A DNA stretch of 64,000 nucleotides from an uncultured Thermomicrobiales bacterium (GCA_964577155.1 CAZNYB010000001.1:3250-67249); one strand, 5' to 3'. Positions 22,894-33,173 are shown, numbered from the stretch's first letter. A program made the numbers and translations. Notes: generated by a model from the sequence alone, not told the origin.

Positions 22894-23533
22894 GCCAGGC
22901 GATCATCTGTTCAAGCAGAACAGGTCCTTGATCGGTAGTGAAAATCGCCTGCGCGTGCGCCGATCCCGGCAGTAGCAAAAGCTCGTTCTGATCTCCCGGC
23001 GCATCAGCTACCATGCGCTCGGCTGCTGCGGCCGAACCGGTATCCCCTTCACTCGAAGCGAACAGTTTTGGGAATTCACCGAGGCTTGAGGCATCGCCGG
23101 AGCCTGCCAGAACCATGAGCTGCCTGACACCACCAGGATTCGATTGAGCCGCTGAAAAGACCGGGGCTGTGCCTGCGCTCGCGCCGACAAGTGCAACCTG
23201 CGAGATGCCGTGTTCATCTTGCAGATAGGACATCGCCGCGAGAATATCGTCGCCGCTGCGGGCTTTGAGTGAGACAACGACCATGCCCTCGGCGCTGATC
23301 TGTTCCGCCTGTTCTGTCCAGCTGGCGGCGTCGTAAATCGCGCCTGGTGCGAGGACAACCCCGTCTTTGCCAGATCCCCAGACGAGCGCATCAATCCCTG
23401 CGATAGAAATGCTGCTGGCTTCCATACTGGTAGAAGGCTCGGTCACGGCAGAGGCCGGTTCTGATGTTGTGGCGTTGTTGGCACAGGCAACCACGCAAAC
23501 TGATAAACCTACAATCGCGGTGACAAGTTTCAT
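22868..23533 (-). CDS. Lipoprotein, alpha/beta-hydrolase-like
   Basis: Signal peptide with a lipobox (LSVCVVAC), a nucleophile-elbow-like VALVGASAGT, and a C-terminal GSAHAQ. The 3' end overlaps the PrpD-like gene convergently by 26 nt. Confidence 0.55.
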   Translation of the reverse strand: MKLVTAIVGLSVCVVACANNATTSEPASAVTEPSTSMEASSISIAGIDALVWGSGKDGVVLAPGAIYDAASWTEQAEQISAEGMVVVSLKARSGDDILAAMSYLQDEHGISQVALVGASAGTAPVFSAAQSNPGGVRQLMVLAGSGDASSLGEFPKLFASSEGDTGSAAAAERMVADAPGDQNELLLLPGSAHAQAIFTTDQGPVLLEQMIAWLNRYRQAE

Positions 23534-23693
23534 AGCGGTAAACGATACTATCCTTCAAGATCAGGAATCGCTGAGTTCACTGAACTAGCGATTGTACACG
23601 GCATCGATCTCAACTCTGGTAGGCTGGACTGGATCGGGGAACAATCAGTATCTCGTTGACGAATAGCAGTGCTCTTCGCTCAGGATCAATTTG

Positions 23694-24161
23694 ATGGCCA
23701 CGTTGCATATCGTCTGTGGATTGCCATGTTCGGGTAAAACGATGCTCGCCAGAAAACTGGAGTCCGAACATCGTGCTGTTCGATTGTGCCCTGATGAGTG
23801 GATTCAGGCAATATTGCCGGCGAACTACTCAACCGACGAACTCGACAGGTTGAGAGATCCTGTTGAAGCGGTCCAGTGGACAGTAACCGAGCGGTTGCTT
23901 AGCCTGGACGTGGATGTCATTCTCGAGTGGGGATTCTGGGTGAGAAACGAGCGCGAAAACTTGAGAGACCGGGCAAGAGGCCTTGGGGCAACCGTGAAGC
24001 TCCACTATCTGGATGTGCCGTTATCAGAACTGCTGAGCAGACTCGAACGCCGGAACAAACAGCTGCCGGATGGTTCATTCTATGTATCCCCTGATGACCT
24101 TGTGTTGTGGCGCCGTTTGTTTCAGGCGCCGGACCAGACAGAAATCGCCTCCTATGATTGA
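23694..24161 (+). CDS. P-loop kinase-like ATP-binding protein (AAA_33/zeta-like small kinase fold)
   Basis: Walker A motif GLPCSGKT at the extreme N-terminus; ~155 aa. The ATG at 23694 immediately follows a TTG at 23691. Confidence 0.6.
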   Translation: MATLHIVCGLPCSGKTMLARKLESEHRAVRLCPDEWIQAILPANYSTDELDRLRDPVEAVQWTVTERLLSLDVDVILEWGFWVRNERENLRDRARGLGATVKLHYLDVPLSELLSRLERRNKQLPDGSFYVSPDDLVLWRRLFQAPDQTEIASYD

Positions 24162-24179
24162 TCAGGAGTAAGGGTTGGA

Positions 24180-26525
24180 ATGCCAAAGCTAAAAGCTGGA
24201 TTTATTGCGGCAGGCATTGTCGGAGGTGTCGGGCTGGCGGTTGGCATGCGGAGGTGGCGCTCCAGCAACCGGCTCACGATTCGCCGGTCGCCACAGCTCA
24301 CTGATGCCGTCAGCATATCTCGAAACGAGCTGGGCATCCCGCACGTCAAGGCAGCGAACCAGCAGGATGCATTGTTTGCGCTCGGGTATGCCGTAGCGGA
24401 GGATCGCTTGATTCAGATGCATTACATTCGTCGCCTGGCTGCCGGGAGGCTGAGCGAAATAGCTGGACCGGAGATGCTGGAGTCGGACAAACTCATGCGG
24501 CTGGTGGGCATGGAACGCATTTCCCGAAACCTCGTCCAGACACTGGATTCAGAAACCCTTCAGCTGCTGGAAGCCTATGCCGCCGGTGTCAATTGCTACA
24601 TGGAAAACCTGCGACGACCGCTCGAAGCTCGACTGGCCGGCTTTGAACTGGAACTATGGAAACCGGCGGATAGCCTGCTCCTGATGCGCTTGCTCGGCTG
24701 GGGACTTGGTGGAAACGATCTGGCAGATCTGGTTGCCCGCCGTATGCGTTCTATCATTGGTGACCGGTGGGTTGATGCCATCTTCGGCGGGAGCATCCCG
24801 GATCAGCCACCGATAGCACGGGAATTTGGACGGTCCGGAACAACCACCCCGCAAACAGCGAATCTGCTGGCGCTGTTCCCGTCACATGGCGCGAGCAATA
24901 CCTGGGCTGTGTCATCTGAACGCTCGATAACTGGCGCACCGCTGCTTGCAAATGATCCGCATCTGGAGTTGACGAACCCGGCTGTCTGGGTAGAGGCGAC
25001 GATTGAAACGCCTCAGCAGACAGTGTCAGGGGTGACCATTCCCGGGTTTCCGGGGATCACCATCGGGCGTTCAGACCACCTGGCATGGGGCATTACCGCC
25101 GGAATGATCGCGCAGAAGTATTTTTATCATGAGGAATTCGTTAACGGTGAACAGTGGGTCCGGTCAGACGACGGACCCGTCGCTATACAATATCGCGATG
25201 AAGTCATTCTGGTTAAAGGCGCAGCCCCCGAGATCCTGCGTGTTCGATCCACGCCGCGAGGACCGTTGATCTCCGATCTCTACCCCGAGTTGTCAGATGA
25301 ACCGGTCAGCATGCACTGGACCGGGGCTGAAGTGAGTAATGAGTTCAAGCTGTTCTTCGCCGTCAATACGGCATCATCAGTGAGCGACCTGATCGAAATG
25401 CGGGATGCTGTCGACTACGCTATTCCGACGATCAATACCTCACTGGCAGACGATGAAGGCAACATCGCGATGCTGAGTTTCGGCCGCTACCCGATACGGC
25501 GACAGCACTTCGGCACCTTGCCAATTAGCGAGTTTCCACCGGAATACATCGCTCCTGCAGAGCTTCCGTATGAGTTAAATCCGGATCGGGGGTGGATTGC
25601 CTGTGCGAACAACACCGTCGTTGACACCGACTACCCCTATCCGATATGCGGCCACTGGGATCCAGGGTTTCGGTATCAGCGGATCACTCAGGAGTTAGAA
25701 TCGAGAGACAAGCACTCCGTTGCTGAGATGCGAAAGTTACAACTCGACCAGTATTCGATTCGCGCCTCCGTCCAGGTTCCTCATCTTCTTGATCTGATAC
25801 AGGACAACGCGTCAGATTGGGCGGTCAACGATCTGCTCGACTGGGATTTCCAGATGACGGCTGGCAGCCGGGCGGCGCTGCTCTTTCATGTCTTCGACCG
25901 ATTCTGGACCAACTCCGTCTTCAGCGCCCATATCCCTGACTGGCTCGTGGACCGGCTTGAAGACATCGCCTACGCCGGCAGCATTGGCGGGTTGTTTGCT
26001 GACCGTGTGCTACAGGGAGCAATTCCGGATTGGATGCCTGACGATGTGCGGTTTCAGACAGCCAATCAGGCGTTTTCGGATGCAATAGGCTGGATAGCTG
26101 ACCGTCTGGGTGATGATCCAGCTTCCTGGACCTGGGGCGACCTCCACCAGTTGATATTTGTTCATCCGTTGGGAACAGTTGGGGGACCGCAGCGTAGGCT
26201 GGTGAATCCAGGTCCATTTGCCGTGGGCGGAGATACGACGACGGTGTGCCCGTTTCCCTGGCGAACCGCGACGCCGTTTAATGTCTATGCCGGACCGTCG
26301 ATGCGGTTTGTCACCGACATGCGAAGCCCTGACCAAAGCTGGATGACGAACACGCTCGGGCAGAGCGGTTATCCGCTGAGCCGGCACTTTAGCGACCAGG
26401 TTCAAGACTACCTTGTCGGCAGGATGCACCGGATCTGGCCGGAACAAAACGGAAAGAAACCAACGGTGAGACTGGAGCCTTCCCGCGGTGAGCCGGAAAG
26501 CAGCGGATTATCCTCCAGCCGGTGA
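24180..26525 (+). CDS. Penicillin acylase family Ntn-hydrolase (penicillin/AHL/cephalosporin acylase-like) with an N-terminal membrane anchor
   Basis: N-terminal TM segment (FIAAGIVGGVGLAVG). Family blocks: RDELGIPHV-like ISRNELGIPHVKA, the autoprocessing/nucleophile site HGASNTWAV, and LLANDPHL. Confidence 0.8.
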   Translation: MPKLKAGFIAAGIVGGVGLAVGMRRWRSSNRLTIRRSPQLTDAVSISRNELGIPHVKAANQQDALFALGYAVAEDRLIQMHYIRRLAAGRLSEIAGPEMLESDKLMRLVGMERISRNLVQTLDSETLQLLEAYAAGVNCYMENLRRPLEARLAGFELELWKPADSLLLMRLLGWGLGGNDLADLVARRMRSIIGDRWVDAIFGGSIPDQPPIAREFGRSGTTTPQTANLLALFPSHGASNTWAVSSERSITGAPLLANDPHLELTNPAVWVEATIETPQQTVSGVTIPGFPGITIGRSDHLAWGITAGMIAQKYFYHEEFVNGEQWVRSDDGPVAIQYRDEVILVKGAAPEILRVRSTPRGPLISDLYPELSDEPVSMHWTGAEVSNEFKLFFAVNTASSVSDLIEMRDAVDYAIPTINTSLADDEGNIAMLSFGRYPIRRQHFGTLPISEFPPEYIAPAELPYELNPDRGWIACANNTVVDTDYPYPICGHWDPGFRYQRITQELESRDKHSVAEMRKLQLDQYSIRASVQVPHLLDLIQDNASDWAVNDLLDWDFQMTAGSRAALLFHVFDRFWTNSVFSAHIPDWLVDRLEDIAYAGSIGGLFADRVLQGAIPDWMPDDVRFQTANQAFSDAIGWIADRLGDDPASWTWGDLHQLIFVHPLGTVGGPQRRLVNPGPFAVGGDTTTVCPFPWRTATPFNVYAGPSMRFVTDMRSPDQSWMTNTLGQSGYPLSRHFSDQVQDYLVGRMHRIWPEQNGKKPTVRLEPSRGEPESSGLSSSR

Positions 26526-28646
26526 TGCCGGTTGGTGTGATTTTGCGATCTTCACGAGATCAATGGCATTGGCGGGAGCGTTGGCGTTATAGGCCGGATC
26601 GTAGAGGTGGCATTTCACCATGTGCGACTCTCCGATGCTGATCTCGGCAGGCTCGTCAACTGAACAGGCATCGAATGCATACGGGCAGCGGGTATGGAAC
26701 CTGCAGCCGGATGGCGGATTGATCGGGCTTGGCACATCGCCCTGCAGGACAATGCGACTGCGGGTTTCGCTGCCTTGCGGATCAACAGTCGGCACGGCTG
26801 ACAACAGGGCTCTGGTATAGGGGTGTAACGGATTTTCGTACAGATCTTCGTTGTCGCTCAGCTCAACGATTTGTCCGAGATACATCACCGCCACCCGGTC
26901 GGAAACAGAACGGACGACGGAGAGATCATGGGCGATGAAGATGTAAGCTATGCCAAGTTCGTTCTGCAAGTCCTGCATCAGGTTGATGATCTGCGCCTGA
27001 ATTGACACGTCAAGCGCTGAGACGGGTTCATCGGCAACGATGAAGTCCGGATTGGCTGCAATCGCCCGGGCGATTCCAATGCGCTGTCGCTGCCCGCCTG
27101 AAAACTCGTGTGGATATCGTTCGGCATGGGTAGGGTTGAGACCAACTGTATTCAACAGTTCGCTGACTTTGTCGCCGATTTCTTTGCCTTTGACAACGTT
27201 GTGAATCTTCAGGGGTTGTGCCAGGATCGAACCGACCGTGCGTCGCGGGTTAAGAGATGAGAACGGGTCTTGAAAGATGATTTGCATCTGGCCGCGAGCG
27301 TCTTTTAGCTCGGATTTCGAGTATGTTCCCAGATCACGCCCCCGGTAATACACTGCACCGTCGCTCGGCTCCAGCAGCCGGAGAATCGTTCTTCCTGCTG
27401 TACTCTTGCCGCAACCCGATTCCCCGACCAGGCCGAGTGTCTCGCCTTTGTGGAGGGTGAAGTTTATGTTGTCGACTGCCTGGACGTAGCCGACCGTTCG
27501 CTGAAACAGTCCACGGGTAATCGGAAAATACTTCTGTAAATTTTGCACGTCGAGGATGGTCTCGTTCGTGTCAACCTGCATATTGTCGCCCGCTTTGCGG
27601 ACTGATTCGATACGCTTCTGCTGACCAGGCTTACCCTTATCGTAGAGCCAGCACCGAACGGTCTGGTTTTCGCCAGGAATCTCAAACAGCGGCGGCTCTG
27701 CTTCGCGGCATTGATCGAATGCGTACGGGCAGCGCGGGTGAAATTTGCACCCGTCAGGCATCAAAGCCAGATTGGGCGGTTGGCCGTAGATCGGCGTCAG
27801 CCGTATGCCCTGCTTTTCTTCTATCCTGGGCAGGGTGTCAAACAACCCCCAACTGTAGGGATGCTTCGGATTGCTGAAGAGTTGCCTGGTAGTTGCCTGC
27901 TCAACGATGCGTCCGGAGTACATGACATTGACCCGGTCGCACATTTCATTCACAACAGCAAGATCATGGGTGATAAACATCATCGACGACCCAAAGTCGT
28001 CCTGGAGTTTACGCATCAGGTCGAGAATCTGAGCCTGGACGGAAACATCGAGCGCTGTCGTTGGTTCGTCGGCTATCAGGAGACCGGGGTTGCAGGAGAG
28101 TGCCATTGCGATCATGGCTCGTTGACGCATCCCGCCTGAGAGCTGGTGGGGATAGGATTTGAGCCGTTCTTCTGGAGAAGGGACTCCAACTTGCCTCAGA
28201 AGATCAACGGCCCGGTCATGAGCTTCGCGTTTTGAAACCCCCTGATGGAGAATGATCGGTTCCATCAATTGATCGCCAATGGAGTAGACCGGGTTCAATG
28301 ATGTCAGTGGTTCCTGAAAGATCATTGCGATCTGATTCCCGCGGATGTTGCGGATTTCCGTTGTGCTCATCTTCAGGAGATCGTCCCCGTCGAAGAGCGC
28401 TTCCCCACCGATAATCTGTCCGGGCGGGCTATCGATCAACCGCATCAGGGATAGTGCGCCGACACTTTTACCACTGCCGGATTCGCCGACGATGCCGAGG
28501 ATCTCACCGCGTTTCACATCGTAGCTGATGCCGTCTACGGCTTTGATCTCGGTACCTTCGCTGAAAAAGGACGTTCTCAAATCGTTAACTTCGAGGAGCG
28601 GCGTCGTTTTCTTATCGTTTTGACTTGTCAGCAGGTCCTGATCCAA
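26508..28646 (-). CDS. ABC transporter ATP-binding protein, fused tandem ATPase (DppD/DppF-like, peptide/nickel type)
   Basis: Two complete NBDs: Walker A GESGSGKS and GESGCGKS, signatures LSGGMRQR and FSGGQRQR, Walker B LLIADEPTTALD and FIVADEPVSALD. Oligopeptide-type C-terminal cysteine motifs are present (GCKFHPRCPY, GCRFHTRCPY). Confidence 0.9.
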   Translation of the reverse strand: MDQDLLTSQNDKKTTPLLEVNDLRTSFFSEGTEIKAVDGISYDVKRGEILGIVGESGSGKSVGALSLMRLIDSPPGQIIGGEALFDGDDLLKMSTTEIRNIRGNQIAMIFQEPLTSLNPVYSIGDQLMEPIILHQGVSKREAHDRAVDLLRQVGVPSPEERLKSYPHQLSGGMRQRAMIAMALSCNPGLLIADEPTTALDVSVQAQILDLMRKLQDDFGSSMMFITHDLAVVNEMCDRVNVMYSGRIVEQATTRQLFSNPKHPYSWGLFDTLPRIEEKQGIRLTPIYGQPPNLALMPDGCKFHPRCPYAFDQCREAEPPLFEIPGENQTVRCWLYDKGKPGQQKRIESVRKAGDNMQVDTNETILDVQNLQKYFPITRGLFQRTVGYVQAVDNINFTLHKGETLGLVGESGCGKSTAGRTILRLLEPSDGAVYYRGRDLGTYSKSELKDARGQMQIIFQDPFSSLNPRRTVGSILAQPLKIHNVVKGKEIGDKVSELLNTVGLNPTHAERYPHEFSGGQRQRIGIARAIAANPDFIVADEPVSALDVSIQAQIINLMQDLQNELGIAYIFIAHDLSVVRSVSDRVAVMYLGQIVELSDNEDLYENPLHPYTRALLSAVPTVDPQGSETRSRIVLQGDVPSPINPPSGCRFHTRCPYAFDACSVDEPAEISIGESHMVKCHLYDPAYNANAPANAIDLVKIAKSHQPASPAGG

Positions 28647-28695
28647 CTCTCTCCACCCATCATTTCAAAAGCAGCCACGTTGCCGAGCGCACTGG

Positions 28696-29625
28696 CTATT
28701 CGCGGCGTGAGCGCGGATCCAGCGCATCTCGTAAACCGTCGCCGAAGAAGTTGAACGCCAGGACGGTGCTGGCAAGCATCAATCCTGGGAAAACTCCCAT
28801 CCACCAGGCATTAAAATCGCGCATATAATCGAAGGCGTCAGACACCATATTGCCCCAGGATGCCGTAGGCGGTTGAATGCCAAATCCGAGGAACGAGAGT
28901 GTCGCCTCTACCAGGATGGCGGCCGGGATGCCGAGCGAGGCGGCCACGATGATCGGTCCAACAGCATTTGGCAACAGTTCCCGAAAGATGATCGAGGTAT
29001 TCGAAGCTCCAATCGCCCGGGCTGCCTCGGTATATTCGCGGGTACGAAGCACGAGAAACTCACCGCGAACCAGGCGGGCGACGTTCATCCAGGCAATAAC
29101 GCCCAGAACAATCGCGATATGCCACTGCGTTTTATTGTCGAACGCGGCAAGCGCAGCCATTGAAAAAAGCAGCGGCGGGAAGGCCAGCATAATATCGGCG
29201 AATCGCATGACACCCATATCGACCCAGCCGCCGATGAAACCCGAGATTGCTCCAGCAATGGTGCCAACCAGAATAGCCAGACCAGTTGCGAGAAAACCAA
29301 CGACAAGAGAAACACGTGCTCCGAAAATAATACGGGAAAGAATGTCCCGGCCAACCTGGTCGCTGCCCATGGGATGAGCTAGTGAGGGAGCAGCCGGCTC
29401 TCCAAATCTGGCAAGTTCAAGATTGATCTCGTTGGGATCGTACGGAGCGATCAGCGGGGCGAATACCGCGACAAGAACGATGAAAATCAGGTAAATACAA
29501 CTCGCCACGGCAACTTTATGACGCCGGAAGCGTTGCCAGAATATCGTAAACTGGCCACGTACTGGCTCTTCACTGATAAATGCGCCTTCATCAGCAATCA
29601 TTGCCTCTTGGCTGCTGGCGCTCAT
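28696..29625 (-). CDS. ABC transporter permease (DppC/OppC-like)
   Basis: Polytopic membrane protein carrying the binding-protein-dependent transport EAA-type loop (YTEAARAIGASNTSIIFRELLPN). Confidence 0.85.
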   Translation of the reverse strand: MSASSQEAMIADEGAFISEEPVRGQFTIFWQRFRRHKVAVASCIYLIFIVLVAVFAPLIAPYDPNEINLELARFGEPAAPSLAHPMGSDQVGRDILSRIIFGARVSLVVGFLATGLAILVGTIAGAISGFIGGWVDMGVMRFADIMLAFPPLLFSMAALAAFDNKTQWHIAIVLGVIAWMNVARLVRGEFLVLRTREYTEAARAIGASNTSIIFRELLPNAVGPIIVAASLGIPAAILVEATLSFLGFGIQPPTASWGNMVSDAFDYMRDFNAWWMGVFPGLMLASTVLAFNFFGDGLRDALDPRSRRE

Positions 29626-29664
29626 ACTCGAGTACTCCTGTCAGCGCTGTCCGGAACTGGTGGT

Positions 29665-30645
29665 TTAGTCATAGCGGACCCGAGGGTCAACAACCGCATA
29701 GAGAATATCCGAGAGCAGGGTGCCAATCATGATAAAGAATGCGGACATCAGAACGATTGCCATGACGACCGGGTAGTCCCGTTCTGTTAGAGAAGTAACT
29801 GCCAGGTTCCCCATGCCCGGCCAGGAATAGACTGTTTCCACCACAACAGATCCTTCGACCAGAATGACGAAGACGAAGCCCATCAGGGTGATGATCGGTA
29901 TCAGCGCATTCCGCCAGGCATGTTTGAGGATGACTTTGCGCTCAGACAGTCCCTTTGCCCGGGCTGTGCGGATGTAATCCTGATGGATGACGTCGAGCAT
30001 GGCTGCACGTTGGTACCGCATATACCCGGCCAGGCCAACCAGGGTAATGGATATGACTGGCAAGACATAATGCGACACCGTGTCTTTGAAATGAGCCCAG
30101 AATCCACCCTGGACATCCGCGCTCTGCATACCAAATGATGGAAATATTGGAAATTTAACAGCGAACAGGTAGAGGAGCATCAAGGCTAACCAGAACTGAG
30201 GTATGGAAATCCCGACGAAGTTGAAGGTCGTAAGGCCATAGTCGAGTTTTGAGTATTGTTTCACCGCCGAGATAATCCCGAGCGGCAATGCAATCACGAT
30301 CGTCAGGACAAATCCGATTCCTGCCAGTTTTATCGTGTTGGGGAGCTTTGACCGGATGACCTCAGTCACTGGCTGTTTCTTGATGACTGACTGACCGAAA
30401 TTTCCTTTGAGAACTTCTCGAAGCCAGTCGAAGTAGCGAACATAGACCGGATCATTGAGACCCAATTGCTCACGGAGCTGCGCTCGGTCTTCAGCGGAAG
30501 TTACTTCTCCAGTGCCTCTTGAACTGGCAATGATCGCGGAAACAGGGTCGCCAGGCATCCGGAGTAGGAGGATGAAGCAGATGACGGAGACGCCGAGCAG
30601 GAGCGGTATCATCCATAATAGCCGTCTGATGATATAAGCTGTCAT
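29665..30645 (-). CDS. ABC transporter permease (DppB/OppB-like)
   Basis: The N-terminus MTAYIIRRLLWMIPLLLGVSVI is typical of DppB/OppB. EAA loop: YIRTARAKGLSERKVILKHAWRNALIP. Confidence 0.85.
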   Translation of the reverse strand: MTAYIIRRLLWMIPLLLGVSVICFILLLRMPGDPVSAIIASSRGTGEVTSAEDRAQLREQLGLNDPVYVRYFDWLREVLKGNFGQSVIKKQPVTEVIRSKLPNTIKLAGIGFVLTIVIALPLGIISAVKQYSKLDYGLTTFNFVGISIPQFWLALMLLYLFAVKFPIFPSFGMQSADVQGGFWAHFKDTVSHYVLPVISITLVGLAGYMRYQRAAMLDVIHQDYIRTARAKGLSERKVILKHAWRNALIPIITLMGFVFVILVEGSVVVETVYSWPGMGNLAVTSLTERDYPVVMAIVLMSAFFIMIGTLLSDILYAVVDPRVRYD

Positions 30646-30732
30646 CTGACCTCCATCCTATTCAAATTTCAATCAATGTCACAGTACGGGGGTGAAAGTA
30701 GCCGGGAATTCCCGGCTACTTTCAAGTCTACT

Positions 30733-32628
30733 CTAGGACTGTTTCCACATTTCAGCAACACGTGATCGGCGTCCCCACCGAAAATACTGCGATGTGAATG
30801 GCTCGCCATCTGCGCCGAGGAGCCTTGGGTTGGTTACATAACCATCAACCGCCAGGTAGAGCGGGATCGCAGGCAACTGTTGGGAACGAACGACATCCAG
30901 GTTCTGGTAAATTACTGTTCGCTCATCAAAATCTAGTGTTACACGACCTTCTTCAACGAGCGCATCAGTCTCATCATTTGCCCACCACATGTAATTGAGT
31001 CCCGGTGGGAAGTTCGACGAATGCAATTCACCAAACACATCCGGGTCAAACTCTTTCGGGTGCGGCCACTCCTCGAGTTCAAGGGCGCGGTTGTTCGGAT
31101 CGTCCTCAGGATCAGCCCACATCTCTTCAAGTGTCGTGAAGTCGACAACCACCGGAGTAATTTCGACGCCTATCGAACTCATCTGATCTTGAAGGATCAC
31201 CTGGCCATTCTGGTACTCATCGAATCCAGAGTAGGTGATGACGTTGAAGGACATCCGCTCGCCATCTTTGGCGCGCACGCCGTCAGATTCAATGACCCAG
31301 CCGAGATCGGTGAGCATTGTCGCGGCAGCTTCAGCATCATATTCCCGAATGACGACATCGTCATAGTTGTTGTAGCGGTCGAGCGGGCCGCTCTCGGCAT
31401 ACTGGTTATAGGAGACGATGCCCCGGCCTCGGGTGACCGATTGCGTCCACGAATCCTTGTCGATTCCGGTTTCGATCGCTTCACGTACCGCGAGTTCAGC
31501 CAGAATCGGATGCTTGTGATTGAAGGCCAGGGTAATCGAGGTGAAGTAGACATAGTTCTGAAGAATCGCGTCATCACTGTCTTCATACCGCGCTTGCATT
31601 TCAGGGGTCGTGAAGAACAGGTCTAGATCCCCCGCATCAAAGGCCGCTGCCTGTCCGTCCGAGGTCTGGATGTAGAACATGGTGAAGCCTTCGGCAAGAG
31701 CCGGGCCCTTGAAGTAGTCCTCGTATCGCTCGAACTGAATGAATTGGTCTGTTGTCCACTCGGTCAGCCTGAATGCGCCGGTACCAACCGGGTTTGCATT
31801 GAAACTGGCGGTGTTGATGTCTTCACCTTCCAGGAGGTGTTTCGGAACAATTTCGACATTTGCCAGATTGGCGATGAGACCTGCAAATGGCTCGGTCATC
31901 GTCAGAACGATGGTGCGATCATCCGGGGCTTCCCAGGTCATAAATTCACCAGCGACCCGCAGATTACTTGCGAGGTTGGTTTCGGTGTTCGGGTCCGCTA
32001 CTGCATCAAAGGTGAAAATGACATCGTCGGCGGTAAACGGTTCGCCATCGTGCCAGGTTGCCTCGACCAGGTTAAACGTAGCAGTCAAGCCGTCTTCACT
32101 AAACTCCCATGATTCGGCCAGATCCGGTTCTGGCACGCCATCATCCTGGAAAAATACCAGCCGGCTAAAGACCAGATCCTCAATCCAGGTTTCCGTACCG
32201 ATAAGAATCGGATTGCCAACGCCGGTATCGTCATCATCTGTCGCCACGAGAATAGTGCCGCCACCTTCAGCGCTGCTGGTTTCTTCGGTGGCTTCCGCTT
32301 CAGTTGGCTCCTCCTCCGCTTCGGTCGCTTCGCCTTCCTCTTCGGTGGCCATCTCGGTGGCATCGCCCTCGGCTTCGGTCGCCATTTCGGTAGCGTCACC
32401 TTCAGCTTCGGTGGCTACTTCGGTCGCCTCCTGGCCGCTTCCTTCTCCTTCGGTAGCGGTCGGTTCGTCATCATCGTCACCGCCGCAGGCGGCAAGAACC
32501 GCGCTGATCGCTGGCGCTGAGAGTCCAAATATCGCGGCTCGTTTCAGTATCTGACGCCGGTTCCATCTGAGAACCGTAGCCATTTGAATGAGCTGTGATA
32601 CCCGTGCTTGTTCCGTTCGTTCGTCCAC
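30733..32628 (-). CDS. ABC transporter substrate-binding lipoprotein (family 5, peptide/nickel type) with a long acidic Thr/Glu/Ala linker
   Basis: AGGAG lies 5 nt upstream of the GTG. A twin-arginine-like NRRQILKRAAIFG is followed by the lipobox LAAC. Then come a ~70-aa acidic linker and the SBP_bac_5-like body. Confidence 0.85.
   Translation of the reverse strand: MDERTEQARVSQLIQMATVLRWNRRQILKRAAIFGLSAPAISAVLAACGGDDDDEPTATEGEGSGQEATEVATEAEGDATEMATEAEGDATEMATEEEGEATEAEEEPTEAEATEETSSAEGGGTILVATDDDDTGVGNPILIGTETWIEDLVFSRLVFFQDDGVPEPDLAESWEFSEDGLTATFNLVEATWHDGEPFTADDVIFTFDAVADPNTETNLASNLRVAGEFMTWEAPDDRTIVLTMTEPFAGLIANLANVEIVPKHLLEGEDINTASFNANPVGTGAFRLTEWTTDQFIQFERYEDYFKGPALAEGFTMFYIQTSDGQAAAFDAGDLDLFFTTPEMQARYEDSDDAILQNYVYFTSITLAFNHKHPILAELAVREAIETGIDKDSWTQSVTRGRGIVSYNQYAESGPLDRYNNYDDVVIREYDAEAAATMLTDLGWVIESDGVRAKDGERMSFNVITYSGFDEYQNGQVILQDQMSSIGVEITPVVVDFTTLEEMWADPEDDPNNRALELEEWPHPKEFDPDVFGELHSSNFPPGLNYMWWANDETDALVEEGRVTLDFDERTVIYQNLDVVRSQQLPAIPLYLAVDGYVTNPRLLGADGEPFTSQYFRWGRRSRVAEMWKQS
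32350..32415 (-). repeat. In-frame 33-nt tandem duplication encoding ATEAEGDATEM twice, within the acidic linker (32266..32478) of the substrate-binding protein
   Basis: Reverse-complement translation of 32350-32382 and of 32383-32415 each gives ATEAEGDATEM. The two DNA units differ at 7 synonymous third positions. Confidence 0.9.
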
Positions 32629-33173
32629 GTTTTCTCCTCTTCATGCTGTGCGCATGCTATCGCACCTGGCGACTAGAACTGAATCTGGCTACTCTTTTTC
32701 GTGCTCATTCGTAGCCAGCAACTTGTTGAAGCGAGCGGTCTTCACCTTGTATACGTGTAAAACGGCTATTCCGGCGGTATCTTCACCAAATTATCTCTTG
32801 AGAAACCTTGAGACACTGTTCCAGGGTAAAGGGTTAATTCCACCACCTTTCTTCGAGATAATATGGCTATGTACTGCAAACAACAGCAATGCAACTAGAT
32901 AGCATCTAGTGCAGAAACCTTAAATTTGACTGATGTGATCCAAATCCCCCACTCTTCCCCAGGTCAGGCTGCAAGTAAAAATGCGTGGTTTCAGGTGAGA
33001 CCCGAGATTTTTGCAGCCTGTCTGGGCTCAGGATGTTCTGATTCTATGCTCACCGATTCAAAGGTGTCAAGAACCAGGGATTTGATCCAGCCTGAAAGCT
33101 ATTCGCTACACTACAATAGGCGCAGTATGCCTGACCAATAACACAATCGCAGCACCCGAACTGAGGAAAACGC

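Noticed and set aside
32266-32478. Periodic repeat DNA considered as a possible CRISPR-like or VNTR array.
   Set aside because: The repeats are in frame within the substrate-binding protein and encode an acidic linker. There is no spacer/repeat organisation.
32965-33020. A 10-bp inverted repeat (CAGGCTGCAA ... TTGCAGCCTG) with a 36-nt loop upstream of the ferredoxin gene, considered as a riboswitch or attenuator.
   Set aside because: Allowing loops up to ~40 nt, about two such stems are expected by chance in this window. There is no recognisable riboswitch consensus and no terminator/antiterminator alternative.
33040-33125. A tRNA-like look (GATCAAATCC-type segment) in the 545-bp divergent intergenic region.
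   Set aside because: I could not build an acceptor stem, a T-arm or an anticodon arm with proper pairing on either strand.
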